NCBI GenBank assembly: GCA_943349725.1
Contig: CALQZP010000001.1
Location: forward strand, 5,401 to 69,400
Length of the DNA stretch: 64,000 nucleotides
Reading direction: 5' to 3'
From: Candidatus Nomurabacteria bacterium
Lineage (GTDB): Bacteria; Patescibacteriota; Minisyncoccia; Phycocordibacterales; UBA10002
Shown here: positions 1-9,528 of the stretch, one piece after another
Layout of the letters: each line of letters opens with the position of its first letter
How positions within the stretch are numbered: position 1 is the first letter of the stretch
Position numbers and translations under genes: made by a program
Notes under the pieces: model-generated
What the model was told of the DNA's origin: nothing
Seen by the model: the letters and a program-made list of their open reading frames with translations, nothing else
Database searches by the model: none

Positions 1-3
1 ATC

Positions 4-576
4 TTGTTAGGCATTATGGGATCTTTAGTATCTACATTCCTAGCCTTCCAGCATGACCAGAATATCCTTAAATTCACTGCCCGCCCTAGACTTGCTTTTG
101 ACTTCATAAAATTTGAAGAAAACAATTCATACATAAAAGCAAGACAAACTGAAAAAGGTGCAGAGATCAAATTCCGTTTAGGTATATCGAATAATGGAGA
201 GTCTTACGCCAGAAACATCACTATACCTTCAGGATACTACAATCAAACAGAAGCTCTACACAACCAAGGTGCGGCTAAACTCATTAATACAATAAGTCCC
301 GTGTTGATTTCCCCGAGTGGACTTTTTTCTCTTGCTCCTCAAGAAAAAAGGACAGTAGAACTGACTGTTGATGCCCCTCTTTTTGACAAAAGAGCAGCAA
401 TTGACTTGACTGAAGCAGTCACGAGAAAACTCAATGTGGAATTTCCTTTAGAATTAAAGCTTTCCTATGAATGTGAACCTGAACTAAATTGTGGGATAAA
501 TCAATTTGATTTATCGTTAGTCTATAGACCTTCATGGGTTGACGTGACTCTTTCGACTCCTGATTCGAACAAATAG
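4..576 (+). CDS. hypothetical protein (probably 5'-truncated by window edge)
   Basis: 190-aa ORF, N-terminal hydrophobic stretch, no recognised motif. Confidence 0.55.
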   Translation: MLGIMGSLVSTFLAFQHDQNILKFTARPRLAFDFIKFEENNSYIKARQTEKGAEIKFRLGISNNGESYARNITIPSGYYNQTEALHNQGAAKLINTISPVLISPSGLFSLAPQEKRTVELTVDAPLFDKRAAIDLTEAVTRKLNVEFPLELKLSYECEPELNCGINQFDLSLVYRPSWVDVTLSTPDSNK

Positions 577-640
577 ATTTAGTACCCCCTTTCAAGCTCC
601 TAATTTCTAAAACCAAACCTCTACGTGGTATGATAGCGGG

Positions 641-1078
641 ATGACAACACTGCCTCTCATGCTTATCATCCTCTGCGCGCTCACGGGATTTTCCATCGCG
701 CTCTATATTCATTTCAAGAAAAAAGAGCCCAAACCTCTTATCTGCCCTATCGGTCACTCCTGTGACCCGGTCGTGCGCAGTGACTACTCTCGGTTTATGT
801 GTATTCCGGTTGAGTGGCTCGGAATCCTCTACTATTTCCTCGTCCTCCTCGCCTATTTCCTCCTCGCTCTGCACCCTGCCCTGCACACGGAGGCTGTGCA
901 GGTGTTTCTGCTGGTAGTTTCGGGTCTTGCCTTTCTTTTCTCCGCCTATCTCACCGGCGTGCAAGCCTTCATTCTAAAAGAGTGGTGCTCGTGGTGCCTC
1001 TTTTCCGCAACTCTCTGCGCCATTATCTTCTTTACCACCCTTACTCTTTCGAGTGCCGAGATCATGATGTTTTTTTGA
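641..1078 (+). CDS. vitamin K epoxide reductase (VKOR) family protein
   Basis: CPIGHSCDPV loop cysteines, 4 TM helices, C-terminal CxxC (WCSWC). Confidence 0.9.
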   Translation: MTTLPLMLIILCALTGFSIALYIHFKKKEPKPLICPIGHSCDPVVRSDYSRFMCIPVEWLGILYYFLVLLAYFLLALHPALHTEAVQVFLLVVSGLAFLFSAYLTGVQAFILKEWCSWCLFSATLCAIIFFTTLTLSSAEIMMFF

Positions 1079-1112
1079 AAATTGGTAATTGAAAATTGAT
1101 AATTTTATCACC

Positions 1113-1571
1113 ATGTCAGTCTCCAAAATAACGTGGCAAGCTTACAATCGCCCGCAAGAGCCTCACGGCCCCGATTGGTACTGGGCGGTCAGTATTATCG
1201 CCCTCTCCATCACGGTGACGGCGATACTCCTTAACAACACACTTTTTGCCGTACTCGTCGTTATTAGCACCGTTTCTCTATTCCTCCGAACCCTTCAAGA
1301 GCCGCGCCTTATCACCTATGAACTTACAAACCGTGGCCTCTGGACCAACAAGACCTTTGAACCCTTTACCACCTTTGAATCATTTTATGTGACCGAACTT
1401 GAACCTACAAAGCTACTGATAAAAGCAAAGGGTTTGACGACCCCCCTTTCGGTTATTCCCCTTATGGAAATTGATCCGGACACCGTTCGCGAGTTCCTCC
1501 AGGACTATCTTGAAGAGGTACTGCTTGAAGAACCCCTCTCAAAAAGAATAATGGAGTACCTTAGGTTTTGA
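1113..1571 (+). CDS. conserved CPR membrane protein
   Basis: ITWQA..DWYW + 2 TM + YELTNRG pattern; ATG 1113 preferred over TTG 1089. Confidence 0.7.
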   Translation: MSVSKITWQAYNRPQEPHGPDWYWAVSIIALSITVTAILLNNTLFAVLVVISTVSLFLRTLQEPRLITYELTNRGLWTNKTFEPFTTFESFYVTELEPTKLLIKAKGLTTPLSVIPLMEIDPDTVREFLQDYLEEVLLEEPLSKRIMEYLRF

Positions 1572-1609
1572 CGAAGAAGCGTTTAACGTGTAGCGTATAG
1601 CGGTTAGTC

Positions 1610-1684
1610 CCTCTTGTCGTTCAATGGATAGGACACTTCCCTGCGAAGGAAGAGATGCAGGTTCGATTCCTGCCAGGAGGACCA
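1610..1684 (+). tRNA. tRNA-Arg(GCG)
   Basis: Acceptor CCTCTTG/CAGGAGG, anticodon arm CTTCC-CTGCGAA-GGAAG, T loop GGTTCGATTCC, encoded CCA. Confidence 0.93.
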
Positions 1685-1756
1685 CAAAGACGCCGTTTAA
1701 CGAAAAACACCCTTTGGGGTGTTTTCGCTATCTACAAACCATGTGCCGTACAGACG

Positions 1757-2695
1757 CTAAACTCGCGTCACTTCGCAGAGTTTGGCGTTTATGTCACATC
1801 GTGATTTCCAGAAAAAATACCCCACAATGAAGACGGTGGTGAGGGGCGATACCCACGCGGGTACGGGTATATGAAACGCGTGAAGAAGCATAATCGCACC
1901 AAGAAAAAAGACGGAGTACATAGCTCCGTTCTTGAGAAAAATATACTTCTTTACCGTTTCTATATTTGAGACCGTGAGTTTCCGAAGCACAATGGCGCCA
2001 ATACCATTCCCGATAAGAATAAGCGGAATGGAGAGTGTAAAGGCGAATGCGCCCAGCACTCCGTCTACAGAAAAAGTCGCGTCAATAACTTCAAGATACA
2101 AAATCTTGCTGATATCAGATTTCTTTGAAGAACCCGAGAGGAGCTCCTTTTCGGCGCGCTCCGCGTTCTCCTTAAACCCGTGGGTTATGAAAAAGGCAGT
2201 GGAGCCGATGACAGCCCCAAAGGCCATAAGCGGGTCTGTCTTGAGTGCAAGCCACACAACGACAGAGAGCAGGATTGAGACGATAGCATAGAACCATACA
2301 CCTTGCTTCACAAAAAAACGCTCACCAGGAAGCCCAAAGTGTTTTTCCTCAAGGAAAAGCCAGTGGAGAAACAAAAATATAAGAAAGATGCCTCCACCCG
2401 CCATAAGGATTGGCGCTGACTTCTCTATCGCGCTGTGTACCACGGGGTCGCTTGACCATGTAGCGGTGAAAGCACCAATGGGACCGAGCGAGGGCACCGT
2501 CGCCCAAATGATGACCCACGGCAAAAGTCCTCGTACGACGAATACCGCGAACAGTATCCCCCAAAAGAGGAACCATCGGCGCATCTTCGCAGACATAGTG
2601 CGAAGCACCTCCGCGTTGATAATCGCATTATCGGCACTTGAGATTATCTCAAAGAGCACAAGACCAAGCACGGTAAGGATTGAACTTATGAGCAT
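1757..2695 (-). CDS. DUF475/TerC-like integral membrane protein
   Basis: LFEIISSADNAIINA and YLEVIDATFSVDGVLGAFA motifs. Confidence 0.88.
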   Translation of the reverse strand: MLISSILTVLGLVLFEIISSADNAIINAEVLRTMSAKMRRWFLFWGILFAVFVVRGLLPWVIIWATVPSLGPIGAFTATWSSDPVVHSAIEKSAPILMAGGGIFLIFLFLHWLFLEEKHFGLPGERFFVKQGVWFYAIVSILLSVVVWLALKTDPLMAFGAVIGSTAFFITHGFKENAERAEKELLSGSSKKSDISKILYLEVIDATFSVDGVLGAFAFTLSIPLILIGNGIGAIVLRKLTVSNIETVKKYIFLKNGAMYSVFFLGAIMLLHAFHIPVPAWVSPLTTVFIVGYFFWKSRCDINAKLCEVTRV

Positions 2696-2761
2696 AGATG
2701 AGGAATACTATACTCCTGTTTTCCAAAAGTAAAAACTCCCCTGTGGGGGAGCTTTTCCTCT

Positions 2762-2818
2762 TGTCATTCCAGCGGAAGCGGGAATCCATTCTGGATCCCC
2801 ACTTTCGTGGGGATGACA
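2762..2818. repeat. GTCATTCC..GGATGAC palindromic REP-like element (also 51064-51141; half copy 43621-43647)
   Basis: TGTCATTCCAGCG-N-GGAATCCA / TGGAT..GATGACA double hairpin seen at several intergenic sites. Confidence 0.8.
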
Positions 2819-2846
2819 CTAAAGTAATTCCGAAATTACCTTAGTG

Positions 2847-3110
2847 TCACTTTGTTCGCGCAATGAGCTTCATCAGGCGAGACTTCTTTCGGTCGGCGGT
2901 CCCCTTCTTGAGGGTGTGCTCTTTTGCTGCCTTATCCAGCGCCTTGTAGGCGGTCGGCAGGAGCTTAATGGCCTCCGCTACTTTCTTCTCGGAAACAAGC
3001 TTCTTAATTTTCTTAAGGGTGTTATCAACGTCCTGCTTTCGGCGCACGTTGAACACTCGCTTTTTGAGCGAGGAACGATGGGCCTTTTTTGCTGAACTGG
3101 TTATTGCCAT
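2847..3110 (-). CDS. rpsT: 30S ribosomal protein S20
   Basis: MAITSSAKKA..YKALDKAAK..ADRKKSRL. Confidence 0.96.
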   Translation of the reverse strand: MAITSSAKKAHRSSLKKRVFNVRRKQDVDNTLKKIKKLVSEKKVAEAIKLLPTAYKALDKAAKEHTLKKGTADRKKSRLMKLIARTK

Positions 3111-3242
3111 GGAATGGGCGCTAGGACCTAGGCCTTAGGCGCTAGGAAACAAAGCCCAAAAAGAGTAACAGATACAAACGGAAAAAGCAATTTTCTTTCC
3201 TAAAGCCTAGTGCCTAGAGCCTAGAGCCTATATACTATTCCT

Positions 3243-3809
3243 ATGATTTCCTACGTTTCCGGCACCGTCGTAGAGAAAGAAGCCAAGTTCGCCATTGTGG
3301 ACGTCTGTGGCATTGGGTATCGAGTATTCGTGACAGACGACACGATGCAAAAACTCCGCATTGGGGCGCAGGCCAAGCTCCTTACGCGCCATGTCGTGCG
3401 CGAAGACGCGGAAGAACTCTTCGGCTTCCTTGAAACTGACGACTTAAAACTCTTTGAACTTCTTTTGAGTGTCCCGGGTATTGGTCCAAAGACAGCACTT
3501 AACATTTTGAATGTCGCCACACCCGAAACCCTCCGCCGTTCCATTACGTCTGGTGAAGTCGCCTACCTTACCAAGATTTCGGGTATCGGCAAAAAAACCG
3601 CGGAAAAAATCGTACTTGAACTCAAAGACAAGTTAGGTAAAGGCGAAGAAGGAACTACCCTCAAAGAAGAAGTGGACGCGCTAGAGGCACTCAAATCACT
3701 TGGCTACTCACATGGAGAAGCGCGCGAAGCGCTCAAAAATCTTCCTGAACATGTGTCCACCACCAGCGACCGCGTAAAGCATGCGCTTAAGGTGCTGGGA
3801 AAACGCTGA
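3243..3809 (+). CDS. ruvA: Holliday junction branch migration protein RuvA
   Basis: VREDAEELFGF, HhH motifs VPGIGPKTA and ISGIGKKTAEKIVLELKDK. Confidence 0.96.
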   Translation: MISYVSGTVVEKEAKFAIVDVCGIGYRVFVTDDTMQKLRIGAQAKLLTRHVVREDAEELFGFLETDDLKLFELLLSVPGIGPKTALNILNVATPETLRRSITSGEVAYLTKISGIGKKTAEKIVLELKDKLGKGEEGTTLKEEVDALEALKSLGYSHGEAREALKNLPEHVSTTSDRVKHALKVLGKR

Positions 3810-3864
3810 TTGACAATGTCTATACAACTGCTATACTGGCTTTTTAGCAATTTCGTATACACAT

Positions 3865-4137
3865 ATGAACTCACTCATCAGTGTTCGCATAGACCCAAAA
3901 ACGAAAAAATCCGCGCAAAAGACACTCGAAGAACTGGGGCTTGACCTCTCCGCAGGTATTACCTTGTTCCTCGAACAGGTTATTGAAACCGAGTCTATCC
4001 CCTTCACCATTGCAACAAAGCGGGGGCATACACTAAGGCACTGGAAGCTCTACAAGAAAGAAATTGCGTGGGCAAAAAAACATGGAAAAGGCTACCGAAC
4101 AGCTGAAGAAATGCATGCGGATATCTTGAAAGGTTAA
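3865..4137 (+). CDS. RelB/DinJ family antitoxin
   Basis: ISVRIDPKTK..LGLDLSAGITLFL..IPF. Confidence 0.88.
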   Translation: MNSLISVRIDPKTKKSAQKTLEELGLDLSAGITLFLEQVIETESIPFTIATKRGHTLRHWKLYKKEIAWAKKHGKGYRTAEEMHADILKG

Positions 4138-4146
4138 TGCACTGTC

Positions 4147-4426
4147 ATGTACTCTCTTCATCCTTCAAAGAGCTACAAAGAGAGGGTTAAAGCGACTTTC
4201 TCGTTCGGGACAATTTGATTGGAAGATGCTTGATAGAGTCTTAAATGTACTTGCCTCGGGCAACCTACTTCCCTTGCGATACGGCAACCACCCCTTGCAA
4301 GGAGAATATACGGGCTGTTTTGAGTGTCACATCAAGGGCGACTTACTTCTCATCTATGAAGTCGACGAGCTCAAGCAAATCTTGACACTTGTTACGATTG
4401 GTAGTCATTCGGAACTCTTTAGATAG
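4147..4426 (+). pseudogene. YafQ/RelE family toxin, +1 frameshift near 4180
   Basis: MYSLHPSKSYK from ATG 4147 stops early; RGLKRL..NHPLQGEY..ECHIKGDLLLIY..IGSHSELF continues in the next frame. Confidence 0.75.
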
Positions 4427-6080
4427 GACGTAGGTGTCGTTCATAAATGGTGAACACCGCTTCACTGCGGGGATTATAGACATAGTGTGGCGGAAGACCT
4501 TTGGTGAGCTCGGTAAAGGCTGGGTCGGGCACGATGTTTCCTTCCACGAAATAGAAGTCTCGAAATCCTGACCGCTCGTAATAGTCCGCTCCATTTTCAC
4601 GAAGGTACTGCTGATACGTTGCAAAATCTATAATCGGCCAACCGTGATATATCTTTAATCGGTCAAGCCTCCAGAGTTTTGCCCCGTGGTCAAAGTTACC
4701 GTACGTTACGATGAGTGCGGGATACGGAAGATACCCCTTCCGCTCCCCTTTCCTGATAGAGGTATCCTGTTCTCTTTCTATAAACGCGTACTGCATCCTA
4801 AAGGTCGCCGAGGGAATTTTCCTCGCCAGTTCACGGTCGAAATAGTCGCCAAGCTCGTTGTAGCCCCAGTTGTAATTCTCGTAGCGTATCTTGGACGAAA
4901 GCCACGGCTTTTGCCCTACCGGGTAATATGCGATTTGATTATTTATTGAATAGAAAACCTCAAAAAGTAAAACGGGGACGAGTAACCACAAAAAGTATTT
5001 TCTGAGCTGTAGGTGCGTTTGCAAAAACGCCCCGACAGAAAGCGCGAGAAACGGAGTGAGCATCGCAAGAAATCGGAACCCGGGACCAATAACCGCGAGA
5101 AGGAGCAGGAGGTACCCGAGACTAATGAGGAGAAACGGGCTACGCAAAAAGAAAAGCGCGACCCCGGCGAGGGCGAGAAATAGCCACGAATGCGAACCGA
5201 CAAGGCGCGGAAAGAAATCTTGCGCGCGTTCAAGAAGTGAACCGACCTCCTTCCCCGGAGCCACCTGCCACTCCTTCGGGTTTTGCCCGAACACATAGGA
5301 AAACTGAAAATCAAAATGCCCGACGGTTTTATACAGCATCACGTTGTAGATGATAACGGGCGAAAAGATGACGACGGCGAGAGAGAGTGCGAGCCACAAA
5401 TCTTTGCGTCGAAATGCTTCGCGGTGATAGAGAAGCAAAAACGTGCCGAAGATGGGGAACAAAATAAAAGCGTTGTACTTTGTAAGAAGCGCAAGTCCTA
5501 GGGTAATACCGAGCGGTATAAAGGAACGGCCTTCACGCACTGCCCGCAAAAAAAGGTACGAGGCGAGTAGTAAAAAGAAAATAACAAAAGATTCCTGCAT
5601 TCCCACGCGAGAAATATAGATATGATTGAGTGTGACCGAAAGTAGACTGGCTGAAATCAGTCCCGCTGAGGCAGTAAACAGGAGCGAGCCGAGCAAAAAG
5701 ATAAGGTAGACCGAGGCGACTCCAAGGAGCGCGGACGGTAGGCGCATAGCGAAATTATTTTCGCCAAATACCTTGATAGAGAGGTGCTGTACCCAAAAGA
5801 CCAGTGGTGGATGGTCGTGAAATGAGAGGCTTGTCCAGAGAGGAGGCGCGGGGTCAAACCATTCAAGCGGAGTCGTCTGCTTCCCCGCCTCGTCAAAATC
5901 AAGGAGTCCCACGGCACGAAATCCATAGAACACTTCGTCGTTCACCGTATCACCACGTGAAATCCACCCCACACGGAGCAACGCGGAAACAAAAAGAATG
6001 GCGAGAAGTACTTTTTTTACGGTAGTGGCAGACACACTGAAAAAATACCACCGAACTTCGTGGTACACAAGACACCTCAC
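4419..6080 (-). CDS. GT39/ArnT-like membrane glycosyltransferase
   Basis: DE motif, DHPPL, RLPSALLG, ALLTKY; multi-TM; start uncertain. Confidence 0.85.
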   Translation of the reverse strand: MRCLVYHEVRWYFFSVSATTVKKVLLAILFVSALLRVGWISRGDTVNDEVFYGFRAVGLLDFDEAGKQTTPLEWFDPAPPLWTSLSFHDHPPLVFWVQHLSIKVFGENNFAMRLPSALLGVASVYLIFLLGSLLFTASAGLISASLLSVTLNHIYISRVGMQESFVIFFLLLASYLFLRAVREGRSFIPLGITLGLALLTKYNAFILFPIFGTFLLLYHREAFRRKDLWLALSLAVVIFSPVIIYNVMLYKTVGHFDFQFSYVFGQNPKEWQVAPGKEVGSLLERAQDFFPRLVGSHSWLFLALAGVALFFLRSPFLLISLGYLLLLLAVIGPGFRFLAMLTPFLALSVGAFLQTHLQLRKYFLWLLVPVLLFEVFYSINNQIAYYPVGQKPWLSSKIRYENYNWGYNELGDYFDRELARKIPSATFRMQYAFIEREQDTSIRKGERKGYLPYPALIVTYGNFDHGAKLWRLDRLKIYHGWPIIDFATYQQYLRENGADYYERSGFRDFYFVEGNIVPDPAFTELTKGLPPHYVYNPRSEAVFTIYERHLRPI

Positions 6081-6111
6081 TCTCGTAGCAAAAGTGTTGT
6101 AAACTTGAGGT

Positions 6112-7611
6112 ATGTTACAGAAACTCTCCGACCAAAAAATTTTCTGGGGAATGATAACGCTCTATGTTGTTGTTTTTGGAACCCTTACGGTTTTGCGCCA
6201 TGACAATTTTCAAACGCAAACGTGGGATATGGGAATCTTTACACAATCCTTTTGGAACGCGTCTCATGGCCGTGGACTCGTGAACACCATAGAACAGGTG
6301 CCAAACCATCTGGGCGTGCACTACAGTCCCTTTCTCTTTTTGCTTGTTCCCGGATATGCACTTTTCCAAGGTTTCTCTGCACAGGCGGGTCCCTACTACC
6401 TCCTTATCATGCAGGCACTCGCGCTCGCGCTCGGAGCCTGGCCTCTTTTCCTCCTCGCAAAAAAGCTCCTCGCTGAACAAAGCATTACTTCTTCATGGTG
6501 GCCTTTCGCGATTACCCTAGCCTACCTCCTCTATCCCCCGCTCCATGCGTTACAGATGTACGATTTTCATGAAGTCGCCTTCTTTGTCCCTCTCTTGCTC
6601 TTCGCCCTCTATTTTCTTGAGACAAAAAAATGGCTCTGGGCGGGATTGTTTTTACTTCTCGCAGGAGCCACCAAAGAAGATGCTATCCTTGTCGTCCTAT
6701 TTGTCGGACTGTTTCTACTGGCCAAGCGAACTTCTCTTCAGAAAAACGGCCTACCGTCAGGAAAGCGCACCAAGAATATAGTCGCGGGGATCATCATTGT
6801 TTCTGCTTTTGTGTATTTTCTTCTTGTTGCCAAAGTGCTCATGCCTGCGGAAGGTGGTGGTTTGTTACGAATTGATAGATACGCGCACCTTGGTGAAACG
6901 GGACTAGAGATAGTGAGTAGCGCGATAACTCATCCACTTCTGCTTCTACAGACGGTGGCTACCCTGCCGAAAATAGAATATTCCTTTTGGCTTCTGCTCC
7001 CGGTCTTGTTTCTCCCGCTTCTGTCGTGGCGAGCTCTCATCCTCCTTATCCCCGGACTCGCTGAAAACCTCCTCACCAATTACACACCTCAATTCAGCAG
7101 TGCGTATCATTATGATGCGCTGCTCATACCAGGACTGTTTCTCGCGACTATCTATGGTGCAAAAATTGCGTTGCTCAGATTTCCGGACAGAGAAAAACAA
7201 CTGCGTCTGCTTTTCCTAACCGCGATGCTTGTAGGCTTTCTGACCAACTCTCCGCTTCGTCCAACAGCTTTTCCGACCGATTATTTCCACACGTCCGAAA
7301 AAAAGGTGGCATATCAGAATCTGGTGCGCCTCGTTCCGCCAGAGGTAAGCGTGTCGGCCGATACCAATCTTGTTCCCCACATGGCGAACCGTGAAAAGAT
7401 ATACTTTGCTGGCTTCGAACCCGAGCTCTCCGATATCGCCTTGCTGAACACCGAGAATATGTTTGGTTTTGAAAACACAGAGACAATCGGAAACTATATT
7501 GAGAGTTATGAAAGATCAGGAGAGTACAACCTCTATGTCTTCGACGACCGGTATGTGGTTCTTCTCAATAAAAAATTGAAAGTGACTGGTTTACCCGCGC
7601 AGGCGCAGTAG
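6112..7611 (+). CDS. DUF2079-family GT-C membrane protein
   Basis: WDMGIFTQSFWN, HLGVHYSP, DFHEVAF, KED motifs. Confidence 0.85.
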   Translation: MLQKLSDQKIFWGMITLYVVVFGTLTVLRHDNFQTQTWDMGIFTQSFWNASHGRGLVNTIEQVPNHLGVHYSPFLFLLVPGYALFQGFSAQAGPYYLLIMQALALALGAWPLFLLAKKLLAEQSITSSWWPFAITLAYLLYPPLHALQMYDFHEVAFFVPLLLFALYFLETKKWLWAGLFLLLAGATKEDAILVVLFVGLFLLAKRTSLQKNGLPSGKRTKNIVAGIIIVSAFVYFLLVAKVLMPAEGGGLLRIDRYAHLGETGLEIVSSAITHPLLLLQTVATLPKIEYSFWLLLPVLFLPLLSWRALILLIPGLAENLLTNYTPQFSSAYHYDALLIPGLFLATIYGAKIALLRFPDREKQLRLLFLTAMLVGFLTNSPLRPTAFPTDYFHTSEKKVAYQNLVRLVPPEVSVSADTNLVPHMANREKIYFAGFEPELSDIALLNTENMFGFENTETIGNYIESYERSGEYNLYVFDDRYVVLLNKKLKVTGLPAQAQ

Positions 7612-8298
7612 AAAAACTTTCCAAAAACTCTCAAAGATGATGTTCCAGTTAAACTTTGACAAGCCGATCTTCCGTTCGGTAAAGGTAATCGGTATTTCAC
7701 AAATGCGAAATCCCGCTTTGTGCGCCAGGTAGGTGGTTTCAATCTGGAAGTTGTAGCCAACCGAACTCAAGGCAAGGAAGTCTATGGCTTCAAGTGCTTC
7801 TTTCCGGAAACATTTAAATCCACCGGTAAGGTCGTGGTACGAGAGACCCAAAATGATGCGCGCGTAGAGATTACCGAACTTGCTGATGAGTCTGCGAGAA
7901 AATCCCCATTGCTCTATCTTTCCACCCGGCACATACCGCGAACCGAGTACTAGGTCGGAGGCTTTTGAAGCAGTGAGCAGAGCAGGAATAACGAGAGGGT
8001 CGTGCGAGAGGTCGGCGTCCATTTGGATAATGCGCGAGCCCGCTGGAGCCTTAGAAAGCACCTCCTTAAACCCCGCCACATACGCGGTCCCTAGTCCCTG
8101 CTTCCCTTCCCGATGCAACACGCGGAGGGGATACTTCTTCGCAAGTTCGTCAGCAATCTTTCCGGTTCCATCGGGAGAATTGTCGTCCACCACCATAAGC
8201 TCAAGTTCGGGTATTTGCAACGCAAAAATCCTCTCCAACAAAATGGGGAGGTTCTCACGCTCATTGTAGGTTGGGATAACAATGAATGTCTTTGACAC
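7591..8298 (-). CDS. polyprenol monophosphomannose synthase (GT2)
   Basis: IPTYNERENL, VVDDNSPDGT, QMDADLSHDP, DLTGGFK. Confidence 0.92.
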   Translation of the reverse strand: MSKTFIVIPTYNERENLPILLERIFALQIPELELMVVDDNSPDGTGKIADELAKKYPLRVLHREGKQGLGTAYVAGFKEVLSKAPAGSRIIQMDADLSHDPLVIPALLTASKASDLVLGSRYVPGGKIEQWGFSRRLISKFGNLYARIILGLSYHDLTGGFKCFRKEALEAIDFLALSSVGYNFQIETTYLAHKAGFRICEIPITFTERKIGLSKFNWNIIFESFWKVFLLRLRG

Positions 8299-8361
8299 AG
8301 GTTGATTCTAGCAGAACGCGGAAAAAACTCATCTACACGGTATCTACCGTCGTGGCAAACA

Positions 8362-8447
8362 AATAAAGTTTGTCCTCGTCCTATCCCTGCCGAGGTCTTA
8401 CGAGGGAACAGCTTGCTGCGGGGGATAGGACGAGGACAAACTTTATT
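8362..8447. mobile_element. MITE-like palindrome with 26-bp terminal inverted repeat (related copy 54123-54206)
   Basis: AATAAAGTTTGTCCTCGTCCTATCCC ... GGGATAGGACGAGGACAAACTTTATT. Confidence 0.7.
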
Positions 8448-8522
8448 ATGGCATATTTTCGTGTTGTGCGCTTAAAAAACTCCTGTAACTCTCCACGCCT
8501 GTCGAAATAAGGCTCTCTTGTT

Positions 8523-8613
8523 CCTCCTTTACTAAAGGAGGTGCCGAGTCTCTCGAGGCGGAGGATTTTTAAATCCCTCGGCCTACGGCCACTCCCTTTA
8601 GTAAAGGGAGAAT
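8523..8613. repeat. CTCCCTT..AAGGGAG-type palindromic REP pair (related 10596-10640, 43481-43531)
   Basis: Inverted pair of CCTCCTTTACTAAAGGAGG / ACTCCCTTTAGTAAAGGGAG hairpins. Confidence 0.75.
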
Positions 8614-8649
8614 AAGATGTGTGGAGAGTTACAAACTCCTTGAAGTTGC

Positions 8650-8692
8650 AAAAAGAAAACCGCTCCATTCGCCGAGGCGAATTGGAGCGGTA
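8650..8692 (-). terminator. intrinsic terminator ending array 1
   Basis: Minus strand ACCGCTCCAATTCGCC-TC-GGCGAATGGAGCGGT then TTTCTTTTT. Confidence 0.8.
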
Positions 8693-8694
8693 AT

Positions 8695-8791
8695 TTGTTG
8701 TGGTGAACGCCGCATCGTTCACCTGTTAACCCAAAGAACTATCGCGCAAAGCGGTGCGCGAGCCCGTTTTAGAAAACGGGCAAAATGTTAC
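8695..8791 (-). repeat. array spacer direct repeat, copy 1
   Basis: ~97 bp near-identical to 9529-9624; 8725-8791 identical to 9558-9624; tandem hairpins. Confidence 0.95.
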
Positions 8792-9393
8792 GGGTCGCAC
8801 TCCGCGAGGGAGTTGACCCTGGGAACCTCCGCGGGCGGATCGAGGAGAAGTTCCTCGACCGTCGGGAGTGAATCCTCCCCCCTCCGGAGTAGCCGTGGGC
8901 AGTCCACGACCACGAAGCCTCCGTTTACCAACGCCTCCTTGTTGAGGTGCCGGTTAACCGCGGCGAGCGGCCAAAGGGGGTGGATGGGCGACGGGGAGGG
9001 GTCCCACTCCCCGTGGAGCTCGTCCCAAAGCTCGCGGTACTCCCAGTCTTTCGCAGGGCGCTCGTGCGCCCGGCAGTGCTCGTTCCGCTCAAGCACATTC
9101 GCCCTCTTGGTGAGGGCCATTGCCGTTGGCACCCGGAGGAGCGGTGCCGGAATACACAACCTTTCGTCCCCACTTTCAAGGCGGAGGACAAAGAGGTCGT
9201 AGTGGGCCTGACTGGCGCACTCGCCGGCAGGGTCGTCCGTTTCGAGCTCGACGACGAGCCCCTTCGCCGCCTCTTCACCCCTGAACAGGGCGTCAAGGAG
9301 GAGGCAGAAGACCGTGTTTGGCAGGGTGTAATTTTCCCCTGCCCCGATGTCTTTCGCCCTGTCCGCGAGGGCGAAAAGTTTTTTGATATCCAT
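8788..9393 (-). CDS. hypothetical protein, array 1 gene 2 (paralog of 33938-34564)
   Basis: SD GAAAGGAAG before MDIKKLF; clear full-length similarity to the paralog. Confidence 0.85.
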   Translation of the reverse strand: MDIKKLFALADRAKDIGAGENYTLPNTVFCLLLDALFRGEEAAKGLVVELETDDPAGECASQAHYDLFVLRLESGDERLCIPAPLLRVPTAMALTKRANVLERNEHCRAHERPAKDWEYRELWDELHGEWDPSPSPIHPLWPLAAVNRHLNKEALVNGGFVVVDCPRLLRRGEDSLPTVEELLLDPPAEVPRVNSLAECDP

Positions 9394-9528
9394 ACTTCCT
9401 TTCCGGCGCAACATCGCGCCAAGAAGTTTTTTTCTCGATAGGCCGACGATTGGTTTCCACACACATGGAAATCCTCGGCCTAATGAAGTCCAGCACCAGA
9501 AAATCCTTCGATTTGTTGGTGCTGGAAA

